Shown: in pieces, positions 41,494-52,010 of the stretch
How the letters are laid out: every line of letters begins with the position of its first letter
Position numbering within the stretch: position 1 is the first letter of the stretch
Source of the DNA: Elusimicrobiota bacterium
GTDB taxonomy: Bacteria; Elusimicrobiota; Elusimicrobia; UBA1565; JACRDR01
Length of the DNA: 64,000 nucleotides
Reading direction: 5' to 3'
Assembly (NCBI GenBank): GCA_041694815.1
Contig: JBGFSC010000004.1
Span: forward strand, 50,667 to 114,666
Translations under genes and position numbers: made by a program
Notes under the pieces: model-generated
What the model was told of the DNA's origin: nothing
The model's database searches: none
What the model saw: only the letters and a program-made list of their open reading frames with translations

Positions 41494-42989
41494 TGGATAT
41501 TTCTCGCCGTTCCTTCATCCGCTGGGTTATCGGCGCCGGCGCTGCGGCGGCCTGCCCTTTCCCGGTACCCGCGTCCGCCAAGAAAAATGAGGAGGTTGCT
41601 CCCGAGCTCCATAGCGAGGAATGGAAGTATTGCCATCGCGTTCGGGACGGTAACGAACTGCGGGTGCCGACCCCGGATACGCGCTGCGATGTGGCGATCG
41701 TGGGCGGGGGGCCCAGCGGTCTGGCGGCCGCCGACGAGCTTAAGAACGCCGATTTCGTCCTGCTCGAAAAGGAGGCGCATCCCGGAGGAAACGCCTATAG
41801 CGAATCCTGGCAGGGGCTGCAGTATTCGACGGGTTCTGCCTGGAATTCGGCCTCGGACCCGGCGTTCGTGGAGCTGGCGCGGCGCTGGAATTTCGATTGG
41901 AAGCCGATACAAGGAGGGGACTCGGCCTATTTCGACGGCGTATGGATACGCGATTTCTGGAAGGCCGACGCCGGCCATCCCGCCTTCGAACGCCTCCCTT
42001 ACGGGAGCGCGGTAAAGGACAGTTTCCGCCGATTCCTCAAGGAGATCGAGCCGATCGATCTCGAGCGGCAGAAATCAAAGCTCGACGCGCGCCCGTTTTC
42101 CGATTTCATGAAAGGCCATGCGGCCCCCCTGAAGGCGTTTTGGGACACGTTCGGCCCGTCGAATTGGGGCGCCGATACCGAGCGGACTTCCGCATATCTG
42201 GGATTGCAAGCCGCCAAAACATGGTTCCAGGAGCCCCGCTACAGTTGGGAGGGGGGCATAGGCATTGCCTCCCGCCGGATCTACGACAGCCTTCCCGCAT
42301 GCTCGCGCGAGCGCATCAAGACCCGGGCGTCTGTTTTCCGCGTGCAGAGGAAAAAGCGCCGGGTTTGGGTCAGTTATTTCGACCAAGGAAAACCCCGCAC
42401 CCTGGAAGCACGGGCGGCGGTGATGGCCACTCCGAAATTCATCACCAAGCATTTGGTGGAAGGCCTGCCATCCGACCAGCTTGCCGCGATGCGTCAGATG
42501 CGGTATATCCCCTATCCGGTCTATAATTTATGTTTTGATCGAGTCGTATACAATCAGGGCTATGACAATTGGGTGGTCGGAGCGAGGCATTTCACGGATT
42601 TCATCCCCGCCGATTGGGTTACCCACGCCGAGGGCGGCGATTTGGGACGCAAGCAGGTGATCACGGTCTACGCGCCCAGGCCGGAATCCGAACGCGCCGA
42701 CTTTCAAGAGGATGCGAAAGCGATTGAAAAGGCCCAGGCGGCGGTGCGAGAACTTCTCGGGATTTTTCCGGGATGGCTGGATCATTTAAGCGAGGTGCGC
42801 ATCTACCGCAGGGGACACCCGATGCCCGTTTCCATGCCTGGAGTCTTCACACGGCTTCAGCCGTTGGCGGGCCGGAATCTCCCTCCCATTTTCTTCGCCC
42901 ACTCCGATTCGATGGGCGAGGTCTCCGATTTTTCTTATGCGGCGTTAAACGGCATCTCCGCCGCCCGCAAGGCATCCGGAGTGCTATAA
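41493..42989 (+). CDS. Tat-exported FAD-dependent oxidoreductase (amine oxidase-like)
   Basis: SRRSFI twin-arginine signal; GGGPSG dinucleotide-binding motif; LEKE..PGGN; FFAHSD. Confidence 0.85.
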   Translation: MDISRRSFIRWVIGAGAAAACPFPVPASAKKNEEVAPELHSEEWKYCHRVRDGNELRVPTPDTRCDVAIVGGGPSGLAAADELKNADFVLLEKEAHPGGNAYSESWQGLQYSTGSAWNSASDPAFVELARRWNFDWKPIQGGDSAYFDGVWIRDFWKADAGHPAFERLPYGSAVKDSFRRFLKEIEPIDLERQKSKLDARPFSDFMKGHAAPLKAFWDTFGPSNWGADTERTSAYLGLQAAKTWFQEPRYSWEGGIGIASRRIYDSLPACSRERIKTRASVFRVQRKKRRVWVSYFDQGKPRTLEARAAVMATPKFITKHLVEGLPSDQLAAMRQMRYIPYPVYNLCFDRVVYNQGYDNWVVGARHFTDFIPADWVTHAEGGDLGRKQVITVYAPRPESERADFQEDAKAIEKAQAAVRELLGIFPGWLDHLSEVRIYRRGHPMPVSMPGVFTRLQPLAGRNLPPIFFAHSDSMGEVSDFSYAALNGISAARKASGVL

Positions 42990-42998
42990 TCGGCTGCC

Positions 42999-43649
42999 AT
43001 GGACGCCGCCGCGCTGCAGAGAATCGCCGACGTCATCGGGCACGAGCTGCGCAATCCTCTGGCCGTCATCAACAACTCCGCTTATTTCCTCAAGGTGAAG
43101 CTGGGCGAGGGCGCGGACGCGAAGCTGCTCAAGCATATCAGCATCATCGAGTCCGAGCTGCGGCGGACCGACGCGCTGCTCGGCAGGATCCTATCCTACG
43201 CCAAGCCCTTCGAGGCGGCCCCCGAACCGCGGCCGCTGAGCGAGTTGTTGGAGGCGTATTTCGCCGAAAACGTCCTTCCGGACCGCATAAAAGCGGAGCG
43301 GGATTCGACGTGCAAAAGCGAGGTTCTGGCCGACGCCGAGGGCTTCAAGAGGGCGCTCAAGGAGCTTGTCGACAACGCCGTGGAGGCGATGGAGCAAGGG
43401 GGGACGTTGGAGACCCGTTGCTCGGTTGCGCCCGGGCGCGCCGAGATCATCTTGTCCGATAGCGGGCCGGGAATCTCTGCGGAGGTCCGGCGGCATCTCT
43501 TCGAGCCGTTTTTCACGACCAAGACCAAGAAACTGGGATTGGGCCTGGCCCTCGCGCGTAAGATCATCGAGGCCCAAGGCGGCAGCCTGGAGCATCTCGA
43601 GTCGAAGCAAGGCGCCTCATTCCGCATCGGCTTGCCCCTGACGGGCTGA
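42999..43649 (+). CDS. Sensorless histidine kinase (HisKA + HATPase)
   Basis: [27 protein letters not shown] and GLGL; no N-terminal sensor. Confidence 0.9.
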   Translation: MDAAALQRIADVIGHELRNPLAVINNSAYFLKVKLGEGADAKLLKHISIIESELRRTDALLGRILSYAKPFEAAPEPRPLSELLEAYFAENVLPDRIKAERDSTCKSEVLADAEGFKRALKELVDNAVEAMEQGGTLETRCSVAPGRAEIILSDSGPGISAEVRRHLFEPFFTTKTKKLGLGLALARKIIEAQGGSLEHLESKQGASFRIGLPLTG

Positions 43650-43728
43650 CGGAAAGTCAATAAAGTGGAGAAAGTGGATGCCTGGCACCATAAAATGTTT
43701 TAATAGGATCATGAGAAAAGGAGAATCC

Positions 43729-44349
43729 ATGGCCTTCATCATCCCTCAAGTCATCGAGCGCTCCAACCAAGGTTCGGTGGTCGGCTACGACATTTATTCG
43801 CGCCTGCTCAAGGACCGCATCATCTTCGTCGGCGGCTACGAAGGCGCCGTGACGACCGACTCGGCGAATGTGCTCATCGCACAGCTCTTGTACCTCGAGT
43901 CCGAGGACCCGGACAAGGACATCAACCTCTATATCAACTCCCCGGGCGGCATGGTCACCGCCGGCCTGGCTGTCTACGACACGATGCAGTACATCAAGTG
44001 TCCGATCACGACCATCTGCATCGGCATGGCCATGTCCTTCGGGGCCGTGCTGCTGGCGGCGGGAAGCAAGGGCCGGCGTTTCGCGCTGCCGCAGTCGCGG
44101 ATCATGATCCACCAGCCGCTCATCTCGGGCGAGGGCATCTCCGGCCAGGCTACCGACATCGAGGTCGAGGCCAAGGAAATGATGAAGACCAAGCAGATCC
44201 TCAACGAGATATTGGCGCGCCATACCGGCCAACCGATCGAGAAGATCGCCAAGGACGCCGAGCGCAATTTTTACCTGTCCGCCGAGGATGCCAAGAAGTA
44301 CGGGATCATCGACGAGGTCATCGAGAACGCCAAATCCGTAAAAGCGTGA
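43729..44349 (+). CDS. clpP: ATP-dependent Clp protease proteolytic subunit
   Basis: [21 protein letters not shown] and IMIHQP; AAGGAG SD. Confidence 0.96.
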   Translation: MAFIIPQVIERSNQGSVVGYDIYSRLLKDRIIFVGGYEGAVTTDSANVLIAQLLYLESEDPDKDINLYINSPGGMVTAGLAVYDTMQYIKCPITTICIGMAMSFGAVLLAAGSKGRRFALPQSRIMIHQPLISGEGISGQATDIEVEAKEMMKTKQILNEILARHTGQPIEKIAKDAERNFYLSAEDAKKYGIIDEVIENAKSVKA

Positions 44350-44371
44350 CCTAACCGTTGCCTAGCCGGCC

Positions 44372-44401
44372 TAGACAAGCCGGGGAGGCATCCGCTATAA
44401 T
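44372..44401 (+). promoter_or_regulatory. Sigma70-type promoter of the hrcA operon
   Basis: TAGACA (44372-44377) - 18 nt - TATAAT (44396-44401). Confidence 0.7.
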
Positions 44402-44402
44402 A

Positions 44403-44429
44403 CTAGCACTCACATATTTAGAGTGCTAA
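44403..44429. promoter_or_regulatory. CIRCE element (HrcA operator)
   Basis: CTAGCACTC-N9-GAGTGCTAA versus consensus TTAGCACTC-N9-GAGTGCTAA, directly upstream of hrcA. Confidence 0.96.
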
Positions 44430-44430
44430 T

Positions 44431-45504
44431 ATGCGCCAGCTAGACCCGCGCGTCGTTGAAAAGCGCAAACGCCGGCTCCTGCAATGGGTGATCCATTCCT
44501 ACATCAAGTCATCCAAGCCCATTGCCTCGCAGGATATTTCGGAGGAAGCCGGCTTGGGGCTCTCGAGCGCTAGCATCCGCAACCTGCTCAAGGAGCTCGA
44601 GGACGAGGGATTCCTGCAGCAGCCTCACACCTCCGCCGGTCGCATCCCTACCGATAAGGGCTACCGCTTTTACGTCGATTATGTCACCCGTCTGCAGCGC
44701 CTGGCCGCCGAGGAGAAGGCCCGCATCGAAAGCGAGTACGCGAGCCGCGTCGCGGAGATGGACAACATCCTTTCCCAGACATCGCGGCTCTTGTCGCATG
44801 TTTCGCATTCCGCCGGCCTGGTGCTCTCGCCGAAAATGGAAAAGCAGCACTTAAAACGCCTCGAGCTCATCCCCCTCGGCGGTAAGCAGGTCTTGGCGGT
44901 CCTGGTCACGCAGGCCGGTTTGGTGCGGCATTGGCCGATCAATCTCAGCTTCGCGCCGACGGCCTCGCGCGTCAACATGCTCAATCGTTTTTTAAACGAC
45001 CATATCCAGGGCAAGTCGATCCAAGAGGTGCAGCAGTCGGTCGAGGCCAGGATCGAGCAGGCTTCCCGGGAGATCCAGGAGCTGGGGGATTTGGCCGGAC
45101 GGCTGCTCAAGGAGATGGCGGATTTCGCCCAGCCGGCCGAGCTGTATCTCGACGGGACGACCAACATCCTGGCTCATCCCGAGGAAATCGGCGACCCTCG
45201 CGAGATGCAGTCGCTCATACGCGTCATCGAGGAAAAGCAGGCCTTGGCCGAGGTCCTGCAGCGCATCGTCGAGGAGTCGCCGGAGAAGGGGCCCAGGGCC
45301 ATGGTGCGCATCGGTGGGGAAACGCGGCGCACCGAGCTCAAGAATTTAAGCCTAGTCGCGGCGACCTACCGCCTCAACGGCGAGGTCATCGGCGTTTTGG
45401 GGATTTTGGGGACGAAGCGGATGGAGTACTCGCGCATGATGAGCCTGGTGAGCCATGTCAGCGAGATCGTATCGCGCTCCCTGGAACACTGGAGCGAGGA
45501 ATGA
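44431..45504 (+). CDS. hrcA: Heat-inducible transcription repressor
   Basis: SSASIRN, QPHTSAGRIPTDKGYRFYVD and LG.KRMEY. Confidence 0.96.
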   Translation: MRQLDPRVVEKRKRRLLQWVIHSYIKSSKPIASQDISEEAGLGLSSASIRNLLKELEDEGFLQQPHTSAGRIPTDKGYRFYVDYVTRLQRLAAEEKARIESEYASRVAEMDNILSQTSRLLSHVSHSAGLVLSPKMEKQHLKRLELIPLGGKQVLAVLVTQAGLVRHWPINLSFAPTASRVNMLNRFLNDHIQGKSIQEVQQSVEARIEQASREIQELGDLAGRLLKEMADFAQPAELYLDGTTNILAHPEEIGDPREMQSLIRVIEEKQALAEVLQRIVEESPEKGPRAMVRIGGETRRTELKNLSLVAATYRLNGEVIGVLGILGTKRMEYSRMMSLVSHVSEIVSRSLEHWSEE

Positions 45505-45995
45505 GCGAAGAGCAGGCGCAAGCGCCCGCGGCGGCGGAGCCCGATTACTACGACCAGCTCCTGCGGCTTAAGGCGGAGTTCGAGAATTACCGCAAGCGCG
45601 TCGACCGGGAAAAGCCCGAATGGATCCAGTTGGGGCGCGCGGCGCTGCTCGACAGGCTGCTGCCGCTCTACGACGTGCTGTCTAAGGCCCATGAGCAGGT
45701 GCTCAAGGCTTCGGCGGCCGAGCAGTCCAAAGATCTCGTCGAGGGCCTGGAGCTGATCTTCAAGGAGTTCACGAAAATTTTCGAGTCGGAGGGGGTCGCG
45801 GCCATCGAAGCGATCGGCAAGCCGTACCACCACGACCTTCACGAGGTGTTGGGCTTCATCGAGACGAACGAACGTCCCGAGGGCGAAGTCGTCGAGGAGC
45901 TGCAGCGCGGCTACACCCTGCACGGGAAGGTGCTGCGCCCCGCGCGGGTGCGCATCGCCAAATCACTCGCCCCTCCCCACGGGAAGGGCGAGTAG
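45501..45995 (+). CDS. grpE: Nucleotide exchange factor GrpE
   Basis: LRLKAEFENYRKR and GY.LHGKVLRPARV; ATGA-coupled to hrcA. Confidence 0.95.
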   Translation: MSEEQAQAPAAAEPDYYDQLLRLKAEFENYRKRVDREKPEWIQLGRAALLDRLLPLYDVLSKAHEQVLKASAAEQSKDLVEGLELIFKEFTKIFESEGVAAIEAIGKPYHHDLHEVLGFIETNERPEGEVVEELQRGYTLHGKVLRPARVRIAKSLAPPHGKGE

Positions 45996-46031
45996 CGGGT
46001 GGGGCTAAATCGTTTTTAGGAGGAGAATATT

Positions 46032-47897
<1,866 letters not shown>

Positions 47898-47900
<3 letters not shown>

Positions 47901-48086
47901 CAACGGGCTCGGCGCCGACCGGAGTGTCGGCGCCGGACTTCGTCGCGCTTCGCGCGACGAAGTTCGAGGTTTCTCGCGAAGATGGTGCCAGGGATTGACT
48001 TTCGCCTAGGCTAAAGTCAATCCCTGGCACCGCGAAAACGAAGCGCGCCAAGCCACGCGCCCGAGGCGCGTAAAAGCCGCCGTTAA
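47898..48086. repeat. Palindrome array / REP- or MITE-like structured element between dnaK and dnaJ
   Basis: Perfect stems at 47910-47935 (10 bp), 47937-47963 (12 bp) and 47984-48031 (19 bp), plus a small one near 48056-48070; bounded by TTAAC...GTTAA. Confidence 0.75.
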
Positions 48087-48092
48087 ATACTA

Positions 48093-49232
48093 ATGCCGAA
48101 AGACTATTATCAGACGATTGGCGTTCCCCGAAACGCGACCGAGTCGGAAATCAAGGCCGCCTATCGGAAGATGGCGCTCAAATATCATCCCGACCGCAAC
48201 CCGGGCAGCAAGGAGGCCGAGCAGAAGTTCAAGGACGTCAACGAGGCTTATCAGGTCCTCTCCGACTCGAAAAAGCGCCAGCTCTACGACCAGTACGGCG
48301 AGGCGGGGGTCTCGGCAGGGGCTGGGGCGGGCCCCGGAGGGTTCGGCGGCTTCCAAGGGGCGCCGGACATGGGGGATATCTTCGGTGATATCTTCGAAAA
48401 CTTCTTCGGAGGCGCCGGGGGCGGCGGCGGCCGGCGTTCGCAGGCCCGTCGTGGGGCGGACTTGCGCTACGAGGCCACGATCGACTTGGAGGAGGCTTAC
48501 CACGGGACGACGGTGACCGTGGAGTACGAGCGCGTCGCCTCCTGCCCGAAATGCGGCGGCACCGGTGCCAAGCCCGGAACGGGCCTCAAGCGCTGCACCG
48601 GATGCCATGGCGCGGGGCGGGTGCAGTTCTCGCAGGGCTTCTTCTCCCTCAGCCAGACCTGCCCGCAATGCGGCGGGGTCGGAAAGATCGTCGAGCACCC
48701 ATGCAAGGACTGCCGGGGGGCCGGTCGTGTCCGCATGCCGACCAAGCGCACCGTGCGGGTACCGCCGGGCATCGAGGAGGGCTCCTCGTTGCGCATCCAA
48801 GGGGGAGGCGAGGCGGGTACGCAAGGCGCGGCGGCAGGCGATCTGTACGTGGTTATCCACGTCCGGCCCAGTACGCGCTTCGAGCGCCAGGAGGATGACC
48901 TCCTCTACCAGAGGACCATCACCTTCCCCGAGGCCGCGCTCGGCTGCACCATCGAGGTCCCTACGATTTCGGGGGAGAAGGCCTCCATCCGCGTGCCCGC
49001 CGGCGTCCAGGACGGGACCACGCTGCGCGTGCGGGAGAAGGGGATGCCCCACCTGCATGGGCGCGGCTTCGGCGACATGCTCGTCAAGCTCAAGATCGAG
49101 GTGCCCAAGCATTTGAACGAGCATCAGCGCCGGCTGTTGGAGGAATTCGCGCGCAGCCTCAATGGGGAGGACCCCGCTGCCCCCGATCCCAAGTCCGAAA
49201 GCGGCATCTTCAAGAAGATTTTCGGGGACTGA
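48093..49232 (+). CDS. dnaJ: Chaperone DnaJ (class A)
   Basis: HPD, G/F-rich linker and four CxxCxGxG repeats. Confidence 0.98.
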   Translation: MPKDYYQTIGVPRNATESEIKAAYRKMALKYHPDRNPGSKEAEQKFKDVNEAYQVLSDSKKRQLYDQYGEAGVSAGAGAGPGGFGGFQGAPDMGDIFGDIFENFFGGAGGGGGRRSQARRGADLRYEATIDLEEAYHGTTVTVEYERVASCPKCGGTGAKPGTGLKRCTGCHGAGRVQFSQGFFSLSQTCPQCGGVGKIVEHPCKDCRGAGRVRMPTKRTVRVPPGIEEGSSLRIQGGGEAGTQGAAAGDLYVVIHVRPSTRFERQEDDLLYQRTITFPEAALGCTIEVPTISGEKASIRVPAGVQDGTTLRVREKGMPHLHGRGFGDMLVKLKIEVPKHLNEHQRRLLEEFARSLNGEDPAAPDPKSESGIFKKIFGD

Positions 49233-49241
49233 CCCGAGCCG

Positions 49242-49994
49242 ATGCCCCAGTTCCTGGTCCGTCCGGAAGTCCTCGCGGGCGAGCCCGCGAGATTTAGGAT
49301 CGACGGTCCAGAGGCGTTCCACATCGTCAAGGTACTTCGTTACGCCGAGGGGAGCCGCCTCGATCTCTTCGACGGGCGCGGCGGACGCTATCGGGGCAGG
49401 ATCTCGCGGATAGCGGGCGACGAGAGCGTGGAGGGTGTCATCGAGGAAAGGTTGGCCGATGCAAGCACCCGCAGGCTCCCTTCCGTCCGGCTGTATCAAG
49501 GCCTGCTCAAGGCGGGCCACTGGGAATGGCTGTTGGAGAAAGGCACCGAGATCGGCGTCGCGTCGTTTAGGCCGGTCTCCACCGCCCATTCGGTCGTGTC
49601 CCTGGGCTCGGAAAGGGTGAAGGCCAAGCGTGAGCGCTGGTCACGCGTGCTCCTGGGCGCTTGCAAGCAATCGGGCCGTTTGATCATCCCGGAAATCCGG
49701 GATCCCCTTCCTTTTGCCGAGGCGCTTCGGGAGGCCCGGGACGGCGTCATCCTGTTGGCGTGGGAAAAAATGTCGGGCGAGCCGGCCGGGGCCGCGCTTA
49801 AGTCCGCCCTGGCCGACCGGCCCGCTTCGGTCAACGTTTTCGTGGGCCCGGAAGGGGGGTTCTCGAAAGAGGAGGTCGCGTTGGCTTTGGGCGCCGGCGC
49901 CGTGCTTTTCGGTCTCGGACCGCAGACCTTGAGGGCCGAGACGGCGGGCATCGTCGCCTGTTCGCTGGTGCTCTATGAGCTCGGCGGACTATGA
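49242..49994 (+). CDS. rsmE: 16S rRNA m3U1498 methyltransferase
   Basis: HIVKVLR, KGTEIGV, VGPEGGFS and LRAETA. Confidence 0.94.
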   Translation: MPQFLVRPEVLAGEPARFRIDGPEAFHIVKVLRYAEGSRLDLFDGRGGRYRGRISRIAGDESVEGVIEERLADASTRRLPSVRLYQGLLKAGHWEWLLEKGTEIGVASFRPVSTAHSVVSLGSERVKAKRERWSRVLLGACKQSGRLIIPEIRDPLPFAEALREARDGVILLAWEKMSGEPAGAALKSALADRPASVNVFVGPEGGFSKEEVALALGAGAVLFGLGPQTLRAETAGIVACSLVLYELGGL

Positions 49995-50034
49995 TGGTAT
50001 GATGTAGGCGGCAAGAGGATCTTAAGGAGAATCC

Positions 50035-50244
50035 ATGAAATCTCGTAAGAAGCATAAGCCGAAGAATAAGAAAGTGCCCGCCCGCAAGGCGTCGAAGCTC
50101 AAAAAGCTCCTGACGCCCGAGCCGGGCGAAAAGGACCTGCTGCCCGAAAGCGAGATCACCGAGGACGAGCCGGAGGTCCTAGAGGAAAATGAAGAGCGCG
50201 AGCGGCAATCGACGGAAGACGAAGCTTCCGAAGAGGACGCCTGA
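50035..50244 (+). CDS. Small charge-segregated hypothetical protein
   Basis: AAGGAG SD; Lys-rich N-terminal half and Glu/Asp-rich C-terminal half. Confidence 0.55.
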   Translation: MKSRKKHKPKNKKVPARKASKLKKLLTPEPGEKDLLPESEITEDEPEVLEENEERERQSTEDEASEEDA

Positions 50245-50671
50245 GGCCTCACGCGCCCTGATCGGGACCTGGCGGCTTGTCTCCTGCGAGCACGTCTATT
50301 CGGACGGTAGGGTAGAAAGGCCTTTCGGGGACAGCCCGATCGGCCGCTTGGTGTACACTCCCGATGGGTACATGATCGTGATGCTCGGCGACCCGAATCG
50401 CCCCTTGTTCAAGTCCCACGGCATCTTCGAGGGATCCGAGGGCGAGCTGGCCGCCGCGGCGCGGGGATTTATCGCCTACAGCGGCCGATGCGAGCTTTCG
50501 GAGGACCAGGTGGTCCACCGCGTCGACGTGAGCTTGTTTCCGAACTGGATCGGGACCGCCCAGCTCCGAAAATATGAAATCAACGGCGAACGCGTGCGAT
50601 TCTCGACGCGCCCTTTCGTCTCCAACGGAATAGAGCAGACGGCGCATCTGGTATGGGAGCGCCAGCGTTGA
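50189..50671 (+). CDS. Lipocalin-like domain protein (start uncertain)
   Basis: LIGTWRLVS, G.L.YT.DG.M, AYSG, S.FPNW.G..Q.R and LVWER. Confidence 0.85.
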   Translation: MKSASGNRRKTKLPKRTPEASRALIGTWRLVSCEHVYSDGRVERPFGDSPIGRLVYTPDGYMIVMLGDPNRPLFKSHGIFEGSEGELAAAARGFIAYSGRCELSEDQVVHRVDVSLFPNWIGTAQLRKYEINGERVRFSTRPFVSNGIEQTAHLVWERQR

Positions 50672-51915
50672 AATATTTTTTCCAGACCTTCGGCTGCCGG
50701 GTCAACCAATACGAGACCGAGCTGCTTCGTGAGCGCTTGACCGGCGGCGAATCGGCGTCGGCGACCGAAGATTACGAGACGGCCGACGTGTGCGTCGTTA
50801 ACACCTGCACCGTCACGCGCGAGGCCGACAAGGACGCCTTGCGGCTAATCCGCCGCATTGGGCGGCGCAATCCCGCGGCCAAGCTGGTGGTCACGGGCTG
50901 TTTGGCCTCCCGCGCGCCCGAAGAAATCCGCGCGGCGGCCCCCGGGGCGCTGATCGTCGGCAACCGGTCGAAAGAGGACCTGCCGGCCATGCTGGGCTGC
51001 TCGCCGATGCCTGGCGCCGTCGGCATTGGCGACTTCCACGGCCATTCGCGCGCCTTCATCAAGGTCCAAGACGGCTGCAACATGAGTTGCAGCTACTGCA
51101 TCATCCCTTCGGTCCGCCCCGCGATGAGCTCCAAGCCGATCGCGGGTCTCGAGGCGGAGGCGCGCGGCCTGCTGGATCGCGGCTATCGGGAAATCGTGCT
51201 CTGCGGCATCCGGCTGGGGCGCTACCTGTCGCAGGATCCTTCCGGGCGGCGGGTGGACTTTGTCGCCATGCTCGACAGGCTGCTCGGGCTGGCGGGGGAT
51301 TTCCGGATACGCCTTTCCTCCCTCGAAATCACCGACATCACCGAGCGCTTCCTGGACCTGTTCGCCGCCTCCCAGGGCAAGTTGTGCCCCTCCTTTCACT
51401 TGCCGCTCCAATCGGGCTCCGACGCGGTCTTAAAGCGCATGGAGCGCTGGTATACCGCCGGCTTCTACGAACGCCGGATCCAGGCATTGAAGTCGCGCTG
51501 CCCCGACGCCGGCGTGTTCACGGACGTGATGGTCGGATTTCCGGGCGAGAGCGAGGGGGATTTCGACAAGACCGTCTCGCTGCTCGAGCGCTTGGAGATG
51601 TCGGGCCTGCATGTGTTCCGCTTCTCGCGGCGCGAGGGCACCCCCGCGGCGCGCTATCCCGGGCAGCTTTCGGAGGGCCGCCTTGCCGAACGCTCCGAGC
51701 GCATGCGCGCCTTGGACGCGCGCCTGCGCGCCGCCTTCGCGGCCAGGTCCGTCGGCAGTCGCAGGCGTGTGCTGCTGGAGCAGGGCGGCGAAAGCCCGGA
51801 GGCCATGACCGATCATTTTTTGCGCGTGAGGCTCGATAGGCAGCCGGGATCCCGCCTCGCATGGGCCAATATTGTCGGGGTGCAGGGCGCGGTCGCCGTC
51901 GCCAAGCTTTGTTGA
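50668..51915 (+). CDS. mtaB: MtaB/MiaB-family radical SAM methylthiotransferase
   Basis: TFGCRVNQYE, NTCTVT, TGC, KVQDGCNMSCSYC, HLPLQSGSD and MVGFPGE. Confidence 0.88.
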   Translation: MKYFFQTFGCRVNQYETELLRERLTGGESASATEDYETADVCVVNTCTVTREADKDALRLIRRIGRRNPAAKLVVTGCLASRAPEEIRAAAPGALIVGNRSKEDLPAMLGCSPMPGAVGIGDFHGHSRAFIKVQDGCNMSCSYCIIPSVRPAMSSKPIAGLEAEARGLLDRGYREIVLCGIRLGRYLSQDPSGRRVDFVAMLDRLLGLAGDFRIRLSSLEITDITERFLDLFAASQGKLCPSFHLPLQSGSDAVLKRMERWYTAGFYERRIQALKSRCPDAGVFTDVMVGFPGESEGDFDKTVSLLERLEMSGLHVFRFSRREGTPAARYPGQLSEGRLAERSERMRALDARLRAAFAARSVGSRRRVLLEQGGESPEAMTDHFLRVRLDRQPGSRLAWANIVGVQGAVAVAKLC

Positions 51916-52010
51916 CTATTTTCTCATTGTTTCTTAAGGATTTTTTATTTAAAGTTTTCGTCGAATTGAAATAAAAAGTTCGCAGAAAGGGGCCATCATT
52001 AGGGAAGTCT

